IMG/VR virus record: IMGVR_UViG_3300033076_000968
Location: 1-32,659 of that record
Source: a virus
Taxonomy: Duplodnaviria; Caudoviricetes
DNA length: 32,659 nt
Direction: 5' to 3' (one strand)
Below the pieces are notes generated by a model. That model made no database searches, was not told the DNA's origin, and saw nothing but the letters and a program-made list of their open reading frames with translations. How positions within the stretch are numbered: position 1 is the first letter of the stretch; each line of letters starts with the position of its first letter. The position numbers and the translations under genes are program-made. Positions 1 to 7,988 of the stretch are shown here, in pieces.

Positions 1-572
1 CCGCCCCGCAGCGCCAGCAGGAAGTCGTGGTAGTAGCCGGCGATCAGTTCGGCCTTGTCGGTGCCGTTGATGATGGCGCGTGCCGCGACCGGCCGCTCGA
101 CCTGGTCATTGAAAAACTCCTCAAGGCAGCGCCCGGTGAAATCGCCCACCCCGGTCTCAGCTTTCAACATGCCCTCGAACAGCACGGCGACCGCCACGTC
201 CGGACGGCATGCCGCTTCGGGATCTGCGACGAGGTCGAGTCCCGGAAAGTGGCCAACCAACGCAGCCGTCATGATGCGATAGTTGCGCTCCCACGTAAGC
301 TGGACGAGTCCCCTGCCGTAGTAGGGGTAGTAGCGGAGATGCGTGCGCCGCCAGTCCTCGGAGAGCCAGTAGGCTTCCCTCACCGGCTGCATGGTGGCGT
401 TCGTCTCGTGCTTGGCGGTCGCCAGCATGTAGGCCAGCCAGCGGAGGTCGGTCAGGCCACGCCGCTCCCACTCGTCCAGCACGGCCGTCATGCCGTCCAC
501 CTGGGCCTGGGTCAGGGTGCCGGCGAACAAGCGAGCGCGCGCAGTGTCGAAGAAGGTCTTGCGGTTGAGCAT
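1..572 (-). CDS. Endolysin, glycoside hydrolase family 19 (chitinase-like); 3' end runs off the window
   Basis: Not in the ORF track. Manual translation from ATG at 572: MLNRKTFFDTARARLFAG...WLAYMLATAKHET...YYGRGLVQLTWERNY...ARAIINGTDKA. The HET, GRGxxQLTWxxNY and IING motifs are typical of phage GH19. Upstream GAGGAG. Confidence 0.9.
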   Translation of the reverse strand, partial: MLNRKTFFDTARARLFAGTLTQAQVDGMTAVLDEWERRGLTDLRWLAYMLATAKHETNATMQPVREAYWLSEDWRRTHLRYYPYYGRGLVQLTWERNYRIMTAALVGHFPGLDLVADPEAACRPDVAVAVLFEGMLKAETGVGDFTGRCLEEFFNDQVERPVAARAIINGTDKAELIAGYYHDFLLALRG

Positions 573-583
573 TGGCCGGCTCC

Positions 584-943
584 TCAGGATCCACGCGGCG
601 AGACGTTGACGACAGCCGATGTCGTCCCGACCCGCGTGATGGTCGAGACGTAGCGGTAGTCGCCGCCGTCGTTCGGGATCGTGAACACTTCCTTGTTCCC
701 CGCCCCGATGGGCGTGCAGCTCGTCGTCGCCCGCACGTTGGGGCCGCCGAGCAGGAAGTACAGGGTGACCCCGCCGTCGTTGAACACCGTGATCGTGTCG
801 CCGTTGACGGCGGGAATGGCGACGGCCGAGCTGGCGGCCGTCGACGTCGCGACCTGGACCCCCTGCCCCCCATTGGCGAGTTCCAGGGGGTAGTTGATCG
901 CGTAGACGAACGAATACGGGGGCCTCGGGAGACCGTTGCTCAT
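584..943 (-). CDS. Hypothetical 119-aa beta-rich protein
   Basis: C-terminal part of track ORF 584..1300. The ATG at 943 (MSNGLPRPPY...) overlaps the upstream stop (TGATG). Thr/Gly/Val-rich. Confidence 0.7.
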   Translation of the reverse strand: MSNGLPRPPYSFVYAINYPLELANGGQGVQVATSTAASSAVAIPAVNGDTITVFNDGGVTLYFLLGGPNVRATTSCTPIGAGNKEVFTIPNDGGDYRYVSTITRVGTTSAVVNVSPRGS

Positions 944-1449
944 CAGTCGTGTCCGTCTCGGGTGAGCGCCACGCTGTCGGCGTGGTGGCGACCGCCTCCA
1001 GTCAGGAAGGCGGAAAGGGTCTGGAGCCAGCCGCCGACCATCCGCGCACCGTCGCGCCACGGCGTCTGCCGGTTGCACCAGTCGGTGGCGATCAGGAAGC
1101 CGGTCAGCAGGGTCGAGACGGCGAAGGTCAGGGCGGCCCACGGCAGCCAGCCCGAATTGAGCGGGCTCAGGGCCAGCATGACGATGCCGACGAAGATCGC
1201 CATGCGGGCGACCAGCAGCGCGGAGAACTTCTGGTTCATCACCAGGAACAGGAAGTGGATGGCCGCCGAAACGGCCGCGATCAGCCCGACCATGACCCAC
1301 CAGCCATTCCCCATGGCGCTCGGTGGCCCCCAGAGCGCATCCTGCCAGTGGAAGTCGCTCGGCAGATACTCGACGCCAGCGGCGAACAGGGCCGCGGCGA
1401 TCAGGCAGAAGGCGGCATAGCGCGCGACCTTCTTGGCGAGGACGCTCAT
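943..1449 (-). CDS. Multi-pass membrane protein in the lysis cassette
   Basis: 168 aa with about four hydrophobic segments; ATGA overlap with the upstream holin-like gene and a GGAGG RBS. Confidence 0.75.
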   Translation of the reverse strand: MSVLAKKVARYAAFCLIAAALFAAGVEYLPSDFHWQDALWGPPSAMGNGWWVMVGLIAAVSAAIHFLFLVMNQKFSALLVARMAIFVGIVMLALSPLNSGWLPWAALTFAVSTLLTGFLIATDWCNRQTPWRDGARMVGGWLQTLSAFLTGGGRHHADSVALTRDGHD

Positions 1450-1829
1450 TTGCCGCCCTCCTTGCCCGTCACCCGCTGGATCGCCGCGTCGGTGATGTCG
1501 TCGGCCTTGGTCTCGATCCGCCGGCCGCCCTTCATGACCGCGAACAGGAGCGGCATGGCGACCAGGCCCGACACGGAGCCGATGGCCGGGGCCAGGAACT
1601 GGTGCCAGCCGAGGTAGCCGTTGAGCGCCGCTGTCGCCGCCGACGATACCAGCACACCGGCAACGATCACCGTCAGGCCCTGCCGGACCGTCGGGTCCTT
1701 GGTCTGCCAGAGGACGAACGAGCTCGTGCCGATGGCGAACAGGAGCGCGACGCCCAGCGTCTCACCGAATCTGTTCCAGAAATCGTGCCAGGGATGGTCC
1801 ATCACTGCCCTCGGTGCGGAATGCCACAT
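1446..1829 (-). CDS. Putative holin (about 3 TM segments, charged C-terminus); alternative start at 1802
   Basis: 127 aa with three hydrophobic stretches, then a charged tail (KGGRRIETKADD...GKEGGK). First gene of the cassette that leads to the endolysin. Confidence 0.65.
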   Translation of the reverse strand: MWHSAPRAVMDHPWHDFWNRFGETLGVALLFAIGTSSFVLWQTKDPTVRQGLTVIVAGVLVSSAATAALNGYLGWHQFLAPAIGSVSGLVAMPLLFAVMKGGRRIETKADDITDAAIQRVTGKEGGK

Positions 1830-1943
1830 TGCGGTTCTCCGATGTGTGCTGTCCTTCGGTCAGCCGTCATCGGCGGGTCACTCCGTCGCTGGAGGTGAGA
1901 CTCCCGGCCGGGATGGCCGTCTCGGTCGGGGGTCGCTGCATAC

Positions 1944-4679
1944 TCATCGCAAGGCCGTCCCATCGGCCTTCTGATAGCCCAACATCTTCCAGACCACAGG
2001 CACGCTGGTATCGCTGTAGAAGGTGCAGGAGTCGCCGGCCGCCGTGGTGATGTTCGTGGCGTTCTTGCTCAAGAAGAAGTTCGTGGAGTGCACAAGCGTC
2101 TGTGCGCCCGTGAAGATCAGTTCGCGCCGGATGCCGCGCCGAGGGCCAAGGCCGACGATGCTCGCGCCGCTGCCGGTGACGGAAACCATCATCTTGGGCG
2201 ATTGGCCAACATCGACCATCACCCCGTATGTCAGGTTGAATGTCGCCAAGGCCCCGCTGCCGTCGACCGAGGTCGGGGTGACGGGGTTCGTCGGCGCCAC
2301 GCTGTACTTGCCGGCCCGATAGATGCTTGCGGTCTTCGGCACGAGCAGGGCGTTCTTGAACGTTGCGTTCCGCGACACGTAGCCGGTGATCGTAAAGCGC
2401 GCGCTGGTGCCCTCGCCTGTACTCTCGCGCTGGTCAAGCACATAGGACGGCGAGAGCGCCACGAACTCGCCGGCGAACACGAGAGAGCACGCGGTGATGC
2501 CGCCGTTGCTGTCGACCGCATCGACCTGAATCGTCGGCCACTGCGCCACGCCGTCGATGCGGACCGGCGTGCCGCTCGCCGCGGTGATTATGTCGCCAAC
2601 CGCGTGACGCCGGCCGACGCTGAGAATCGACACCGAGGTCAGGTAGACGTTCTTGCCGCTACCCGTCGTGCTGTACTGGCCGAACGTGCTGGGCGCGGTC
2701 GTGTAGTCGCCCTTGTTGGTCAGGCTGCCGGTCAGGATCTTCCCGTTCCCGTCCACGGTTGACACTGTGTACGTGGCGCGCGTGGTCGGCGTGCCGCCGT
2801 CCAGGGTAATGACATCGCCCGGCGCGTGCAGCTCGCCGCCGCTATCCAGTTCGATGCTGGCGATCTCCAGCGTCTCGACGCGGATGCGAGTGGCGCGACC
2901 GCTGGCAGCGAGAGTGCCGCCCGGCACCTCGAGGACTTCCCGGCCGCGAAAGCTCGTGACGACCGATGATGTGCTGTCGACCGTCACCGACAAGGCGCCG
3001 GTCTGCGTCGTCATCGAATAGGCCGGCCCGACCAGAGCGTCGGCGAGGTTGGTGGTCGGCGCGGTGACGAAGTATTCGGCCTTGCCGACCGCCGTGCCCT
3101 GGCCGATCACGAGCGCCGGACGGCTGTTCTGCCGGTGCCGGGTGAACTCCCAACCGCCGTCGCGGCAGCGCTCCTCGATGTCGTATTGGCCAGCGCAGTA
3201 GATCAGCAGGTCGCCCTGCGTGCCGGGCGTGCCGGTCACCTTCACGTCGTCGAACTTCTGGTTTTGGATCAGCGTCAGGTTCTGCGCCGGGCCGGTGACG
3301 TAGTTCAGGTGCGTGCCGTACCAGACGGGGTTGATGTGCTCGATGCCGGTCGCCGTCACCTCGTCGGTGTCGTCGATGTACATGCCCCGGCCGCAGTTGT
3401 GGCTGACGCAGTTGATCCAGCGATGGTTCCGACTCTTGTGCGAGCGGAACGCGATGCCGGCGCGGGCGACGGTGGCGTTGATGACCTCGGTGTACGGGCC
3501 GCGCAGGGTGATCGCCGTATCGCGGTCAAACTCGTCTGTCTCGGGATTGTCGTCGGCGTTCCACGCCGTATTGGTACAGACAACATCGACGTTCGTGAAC
3601 TTGAGGTGGCCGGCGGCCTTGTGTGAACCGATGACGCCCCCGCCGTAGCCGCGAGCTCGCACGCCGTCCACGGTGCAGTGAAGCGACGGGGTGTACTCGC
3701 CGCCGCCGAAGTCGATGCCGTGCGTGCCGCCCTCGGACGACAGGTTACGGAACATGCTCAAGCCGGTGCCGGTCGCCGTCGAGAGCGAGCCCTGGCCGGA
3801 CACCGTGCCCTCGCCCGCCAGCGTATCGACGTCGAGGCGGATGCAGTTACGCCACGCGAAGGCTCGCGAGGTCGAGTGGCGGGCCCGGATGTCGTACATC
3901 TTGGCGTTGATGCAGCCAGCCAGCACCAGGGCCGAGCCGGCGCCGCCCTGGAAGCTGTTCACCAGGTCGTAGGTGAAGCACAGGTTCTCGACGACGACGT
4001 TGCGGTTGGGCGCGTTCCAGTATCCGACCTTGGCGCCGGCGGCAAAGTCGAACTCGGTGATGCTGCTGAGCTCGACGTAGTCGGCGTCGATGATCCGCTC
4101 AACCTTGACGAACGAACCCCGGTAGTAGGCAATCGAGCCCAGCACCGCGGGGTTGAATGCCACCGATCGGTACGGGATCGGCTGCGTCGGATCCGCGATG
4201 TACAGCTGCATGTCCCGGGCGAGCCGCTGGGTGGCCGTTTCGCCCGATGCCGTGGTCGTCAGCTTGACGATCAGCGAGCCGGCGCTCGTGTCTTCCGCTA
4301 GCGTGATCGGCGAGAGGTTCGCCGCTACCCAGTTGACGCCGTTGGTCCCGCTACCGACGAGTATGCCGCTCTGGTTGAGCGGGTTCACATAGATGAGGTT
4401 CGAGTCCTCGTGCGCGCCCCGGATGCGCAGCCCCGAAGCGCTCGGAACGCTCACCCCGTTGCCGGTCTTGTAGATGAAGTTGCCCGGCGGGATGACGCAC
4501 TCGCGCTTGGTCTCGATGCCGGCGTTGAACAGCGCCTGGAGCGCGGCGGTGTTGTTCGTCGCGGTCGCGGCGTTCGTGCTGCCGTCCGTATAGACGACGC
4601 CGTCCGCCACCCCGCCGAAGTCCGTGAGGAGCAGCGGGGAGTCGGCTGTCTGGCGCCATATGGACGGAGAGCGCAGCAC
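1944..4679 (-). CDS. Tailspike/receptor-binding protein with a pectate-lyase-like beta-helix (putative depolymerase) and C-terminal repeats
   Basis: 911 aa. N-terminal DFGGVADG...NNTAALQA...VIPPGNF resembles the pectate_lyase_3-type start of beta-helical spikes, followed by beta-helix-like repeats. C-terminal RRELIFTGAQTLVH...NITTAAGD...W..LGY segment is typical of phage tail proteins. Confidence 0.8.
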   Translation of the reverse strand: MLRSPSIWRQTADSPLLLTDFGGVADGVVYTDGSTNAATATNNTAALQALFNAGIETKRECVIPPGNFIYKTGNGVSVPSASGLRIRGAHEDSNLIYVNPLNQSGILVGSGTNGVNWVAANLSPITLAEDTSAGSLIVKLTTTASGETATQRLARDMQLYIADPTQPIPYRSVAFNPAVLGSIAYYRGSFVKVERIIDADYVELSSITEFDFAAGAKVGYWNAPNRNVVVENLCFTYDLVNSFQGGAGSALVLAGCINAKMYDIRARHSTSRAFAWRNCIRLDVDTLAGEGTVSGQGSLSTATGTGLSMFRNLSSEGGTHGIDFGGGEYTPSLHCTVDGVRARGYGGGVIGSHKAAGHLKFTNVDVVCTNTAWNADDNPETDEFDRDTAITLRGPYTEVINATVARAGIAFRSHKSRNHRWINCVSHNCGRGMYIDDTDEVTATGIEHINPVWYGTHLNYVTGPAQNLTLIQNQKFDDVKVTGTPGTQGDLLIYCAGQYDIEERCRDGGWEFTRHRQNSRPALVIGQGTAVGKAEYFVTAPTTNLADALVGPAYSMTTQTGALSVTVDSTSSVVTSFRGREVLEVPGGTLAASGRATRIRVETLEIASIELDSGGELHAPGDVITLDGGTPTTRATYTVSTVDGNGKILTGSLTNKGDYTTAPSTFGQYSTTGSGKNVYLTSVSILSVGRRHAVGDIITAASGTPVRIDGVAQWPTIQVDAVDSNGGITACSLVFAGEFVALSPSYVLDQRESTGEGTSARFTITGYVSRNATFKNALLVPKTASIYRAGKYSVAPTNPVTPTSVDGSGALATFNLTYGVMVDVGQSPKMMVSVTGSGASIVGLGPRRGIRRELIFTGAQTLVHSTNFFLSKNATNITTAAGDSCTFYSDTSVPVVWKMLGYQKADGTALR

Positions 4680-4689
4680 GAGGGGGCGC

Positions 4690-4938
4690 CTATTCCTCTG
4701 GCGGATCCCAGGTGTTGCTGATCACCCCGTGCGGCCGCATGGCGGGGCCGCCTTCGGGCTCGGTGATGTACGGCGGGCCGTAGAACGGCAGTCGCCACTG
4801 GCCGTGCGCGTCGAGCACCGGCGGGTCGCAGAACAGGTCGCCGGGCGCGACCTCCGCCCACCGCGCGTTCGCCCAGTCGGCGTAGTCGTTGGCCTCCTGC
4901 TCGTAGTCGGCAGGCCAAAGGATCGAGATCGTCGCCAT
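4690..4938 (-). CDS. Hypothetical 82-aa acidic, Trp/Pro-rich protein (possible fibre chaperone or accessory)
   Basis: C-terminal end of track ORF 4690..7611 (MATISILWPADYEQ...). TGATG coupling with the upstream gene and a strong AAGGAGG RBS. Confidence 0.75.
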   Translation of the reverse strand: MATISILWPADYEQEANDYADWANARWAEVAPGDLFCDPPVLDAHGQWRLPFYGPPYITEPEGGPAMRPHGVISNTWDPPEE

Positions 4939-5693
4939 CAGATTGCCCTCCTTCTTGAACGCAGGAACGAACGGATCGCCCACCACTCCGCGTCGGTGAG
5001 GACGCGGTTGAAGCCGGCCAGCAGGTGGATGGCGATGTTGCCGAAGCCGTTGACCGTGCTGGCGGCCTGGGCGAACAGGCGGTGGCGCGTGGCCGAGGCG
5101 AACAAGGGGGTCGCCGTCACCGTCGGCGAGGCGTTCGACACGACGTCGTCGACCCACAGGAACGGCACGGCGCCGTTCGGTATGCGCCACCGCACGATGC
5201 ACTTGCCGGTGTAGTCGGCGATGCGATTGCCCGGGATCGAGGCACTGGCGCCCTGGCCGATCTGGACCGACAGGCCGTTCCGGTTGCTGACGACAGCGCG
5301 CTGGACCAGCAGGCCGTTGTTGCCGCTGTTCGGATAACTGAACATGCTGCGCGTGCCGGCCACGCTGGGCGCGTCGAGCTGGTTGACGACTCCCACGAAG
5401 TCCATGGACCCCGACAGGGGCCACCCCGAGATCGCCCCCGCCGTGTAGGACAGGTGGTCGTCGCTGCCGTCGCCGGTCACCCAATCGCCGTTGAAGGTCG
5501 GGCGCGCGGCCGATGTGCCCTGCACTAGGGCCGTGCCGCTGATCAGGTCGGTCCAGCTCGAGACCTGGTTCGTGTTCACGATGGTGAGCGAGGATGCCCG
5601 CCAGGCATCGAAGCACATGAAGCAGCCCGGCACGGTCGCCGGATGGACGGCGGGACCGTCCGCGAACAGCAGGCGCGCGACCGTTGGGTTCAC
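4938..5693 (-). CDS. Putative lectin/LamG-like beta-sandwich virion protein
   Basis: 251 aa with VSSWTDLISG...QGTSAARPTF...GDGSDDHL and a terminal FNRVLTDAE, a pattern typical of LamG-like phage tail-associated proteins. Confidence 0.6.
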   Translation of the reverse strand: MNPTVARLLFADGPAVHPATVPGCFMCFDAWRASSLTIVNTNQVSSWTDLISGTALVQGTSAARPTFNGDWVTGDGSDDHLSYTAGAISGWPLSGSMDFVGVVNQLDAPSVAGTRSMFSYPNSGNNGLLVQRAVVSNRNGLSVQIGQGASASIPGNRIADYTGKCIVRWRIPNGAVPFLWVDDVVSNASPTVTATPLFASATRHRLFAQAASTVNGFGNIAIHLLAGFNRVLTDAEWWAIRSFLRSRRRAI

Positions 5694-5699
5694 GGCCGG

Positions 5700-6320
5700 C
5701 TACCCGGCCAGCAGGGCGTGGACGGTGCCAGCGAAGACGTCGCCGCTGCCCGGCGTGTAGCCGGTGTTCGTGATCAGGTAGGCCCACAGGCTGCCGCCGG
5801 ACGGCACCACCACGTGCCAGTTCGCCGGAGTTGCGCTGCCGACGTAGAGCGTCGAGGTGTAGGCCACCGGGGAACCGAGATCGAGGAAGCCCCGGAACGA
5901 GGCGCGATCGCCTGGCGGTAGCGTCCATGCGGCGTTGTCGAGTAGGGCCGAGGGAGGCGTCACCGAGTAAAGCGCCAGTTTGAAGCTCGACATGCCGGAG
6001 ATGATCGCGGCGATGTCGATCTCGAAGCGCGAGGTGGTGAACTGGATGTGGCCGCCACCCGTCGGCCCGATGTTGGCCAGCTCGAAGGCCGCGAGGCCCG
6101 GCGAGCCACCGCTGTTGACGCCGATGACGTCGCCGGCGGCGTAGGCGTTCGTGTCGGTCGTGCGCGCGATCGAGAACGAGCTGCTGTACCCGATGCCTTG
6201 GAACTTCAGGGTGCTGCTGCCGCCGATGCCGACAGGGCTGGCGATACCGCTCGCGTCGACGCCCATCAGCACCGAGCCCATGGCGGTGTCGGGCGCGCGG
6301 CCGGAAACTGGATAGTCCAT
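5700..6320 (-). CDS. Hypothetical tail-associated structural protein
   Basis: 206 aa, beta-rich, RTTDTNAYAAGDVIG motif, GAGGAG RBS, directly after the tail fibre gene. Confidence 0.7.
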   Translation of the reverse strand: MDYPVSGRAPDTAMGSVLMGVDASGIASPVGIGGSSTLKFQGIGYSSSFSIARTTDTNAYAAGDVIGVNSGGSPGLAAFELANIGPTGGGHIQFTTSRFEIDIAAIISGMSSFKLALYSVTPPSALLDNAAWTLPPGDRASFRGFLDLGSPVAYTSTLYVGSATPANWHVVVPSGGSLWAYLITNTGYTPGSGDVFAGTVHALLAG

Positions 6321-6338
6321 GCGCTACTCCTCTGCTCC

Positions 6339-7907
6339 TCAGTACCGCCAGCGATAGGCGAGGCCGGAATTGCCGAAGCCGTACCAGGTCGTCGTGCCGG
6401 TGGCGGTCGACCACTCGACGGCCTGGTAGAAGTGCTGGCCGAGCGGCACGATCGCGGCGTACTCGCCGCCGAGGGAGATGGTGTTGGTGCCGGCGACGGC
6501 CGCGGTTGACGTGCTGTTGACGGTCGACGTGCTGTCCAGGGCGACGCCGCAGGAGACCGCGACACCCGAGGTGTTCGTCGCCGCCGAGTTGTAGTCGACG
6601 TCGATCGCGTCCTCGGAAATCCCGGCCAGCAGCGTGACCCGCATGCTGTTGGAGCCATGCGCGGCCCGCCATGTCGCGGTCGAGTAGGTCCAGGTCCCCG
6701 AGTTGTCGCCAATGAGGCCCGCCGCGATGACCCGGTTGTAGAGGTTCCAGACGCCGAGCACGGCCGCAGTGCCGTTCGAGGCCACGCCACCCACGATCCA
6801 GTTGAGCTGGCTGGAACCGTCCGACATCACCGAGCCGACGTAGGTGCCGTAGCCGGCCGCCGGGCCGTTGGTGATCGCCACCTTGTTGACCAGCACGCCG
6901 TTGACGCGCTGCAACTCGGTCGTGCCGGCCCCGGTGCCGCGGGCCGTGGCCGATGTCCAGGCGGGGCCGCGGGTCAGGCGCAGCGTGCCGCTGTCGGACC
7001 AGACGAAGAGGTCGTAGACGCTGCTGGTCGTGACGGCGGCCGGCCCCGCCTTGCCCGTCGAGCTCGCCGTCGTGTCGTTCGACAGCTCGGTGAAGGCGGT
7101 CGGCGTGAACTGCGTGCCGTTCCAGATCGGGATGCTGTTGCCGACGTAGGGCGTGTAGTAGACGACGGTCGCGGCGCTGACGGTGGTCGTCATCACCGGC
7201 AGGGCCGTGGTCAGCGTCAGCCGGCCCTGTGCCGCTGGGATGGGGTCGCCAATACCGATCGCCGCCCGGGCGCCTGCGGCGGAAGTCAGCGGGTAGATGT
7301 TGGCGACGGTCCAGCTCGAGGGATCGGTCAGGTCGAGGGCGGCCCGCACCTGCGCGGCGCTGGTCTTCGGCAGGATGTTGGCCGAGACCCAGGTCGAGAC
7401 ACCGGTGACGTCGCTCGCCAGCACGCCGACATAGGGGTTGCCGTCGGCATCGAACAGCAGCGCGGAGTTGGCGCGGTCGGCGGCTGCGGACAGGACCGAG
7501 GGGTAGTCGGCGTCGGTGACCGGCACCGTGATCGACCGCCGCATCTGGTCGTTGAGCTGCTGGGCGATCTCGGTCAGCCGGTCGAGCGCGGCCTCGATCG
7601 TCGCCGGCCACATCGCGCCCTGGTTGCCCAGCGACGTCGGCTGGGTCACCGGGACGCTGCGCTGCAAGGTCAGCTTAGTGCCCGTGGCGATCGGCGACCC
7701 GCCCGGCGCGTAGGTGACCGTGACCGACGATCCGCCGAAGCCGGTGGCGCTGTACTGGCCCGAGGTCAAGACGGTATCGACACCGTCGGCATCGGTGTAG
7801 GTGACCACCAGGTCGGCGGCCTGTGTGACCGGAAATCCCGTGGCGAACGACGTCGCGACGCTGTTGCCCGCGAAGACGATGCGATTGCTGGTCGTCGAGA
7901 CTGTCAT
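6339..7907 (-). CDS. Tail fibre with T7 gp17-like N-terminal anchor
   Basis: MTVSTTSNRIVFAGNSVATSFATGFPV...LTLQR...TQPTSLGNQG...IEAALDRLT is the typical podovirus fibre anchor; Thr/Gly/Ser-rich body. Confidence 0.88.
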   Translation of the reverse strand: MTVSTTSNRIVFAGNSVATSFATGFPVTQAADLVVTYTDADGVDTVLTSGQYSATGFGGSSVTVTYAPGGSPIATGTKLTLQRSVPVTQPTSLGNQGAMWPATIEAALDRLTEIAQQLNDQMRRSITVPVTDADYPSVLSAAADRANSALLFDADGNPYVGVLASDVTGVSTWVSANILPKTSAAQVRAALDLTDPSSWTVANIYPLTSAAGARAAIGIGDPIPAAQGRLTLTTALPVMTTTVSAATVVYYTPYVGNSIPIWNGTQFTPTAFTELSNDTTASSTGKAGPAAVTTSSVYDLFVWSDSGTLRLTRGPAWTSATARGTGAGTTELQRVNGVLVNKVAITNGPAAGYGTYVGSVMSDGSSQLNWIVGGVASNGTAAVLGVWNLYNRVIAAGLIGDNSGTWTYSTATWRAAHGSNSMRVTLLAGISEDAIDVDYNSAATNTSGVAVSCGVALDSTSTVNSTSTAAVAGTNTISLGGEYAAIVPLGQHFYQAVEWSTATGTTTWYGFGNSGLAYRWRY

Positions 7908-7940
7908 GGGCTTACGCTACGCACCCAAGGGGGAGGCTCC

Positions 7941-7986
7941 CTTATACGGCTGGGCCCTCCGGGACCTCGCAAATGGGCAATAGAAC
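7941..7986 (-). promoter_or_regulatory. Candidate late promoter, copy 2 (18-bp box, N22, TATAAG) upstream of the tail fibre gene
   Basis: GTTCTATTGCCCATTTGC at 7986-7969 is identical to 25942-25925; TATAAG at 7946-7941. Confidence 0.7.
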
Positions 7987-7988
7987 GA

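Noticed and set aside
4690-7611. 973-aa minus-strand ORF and similar alternative-frame ORFs (12631..14808, 17420..19165, 9142..10530)
   Set aside because: Arg-rich off-frame products overlapping well-supported genes. Only the last 82 codons of the 973-aa ORF look like a real gene.
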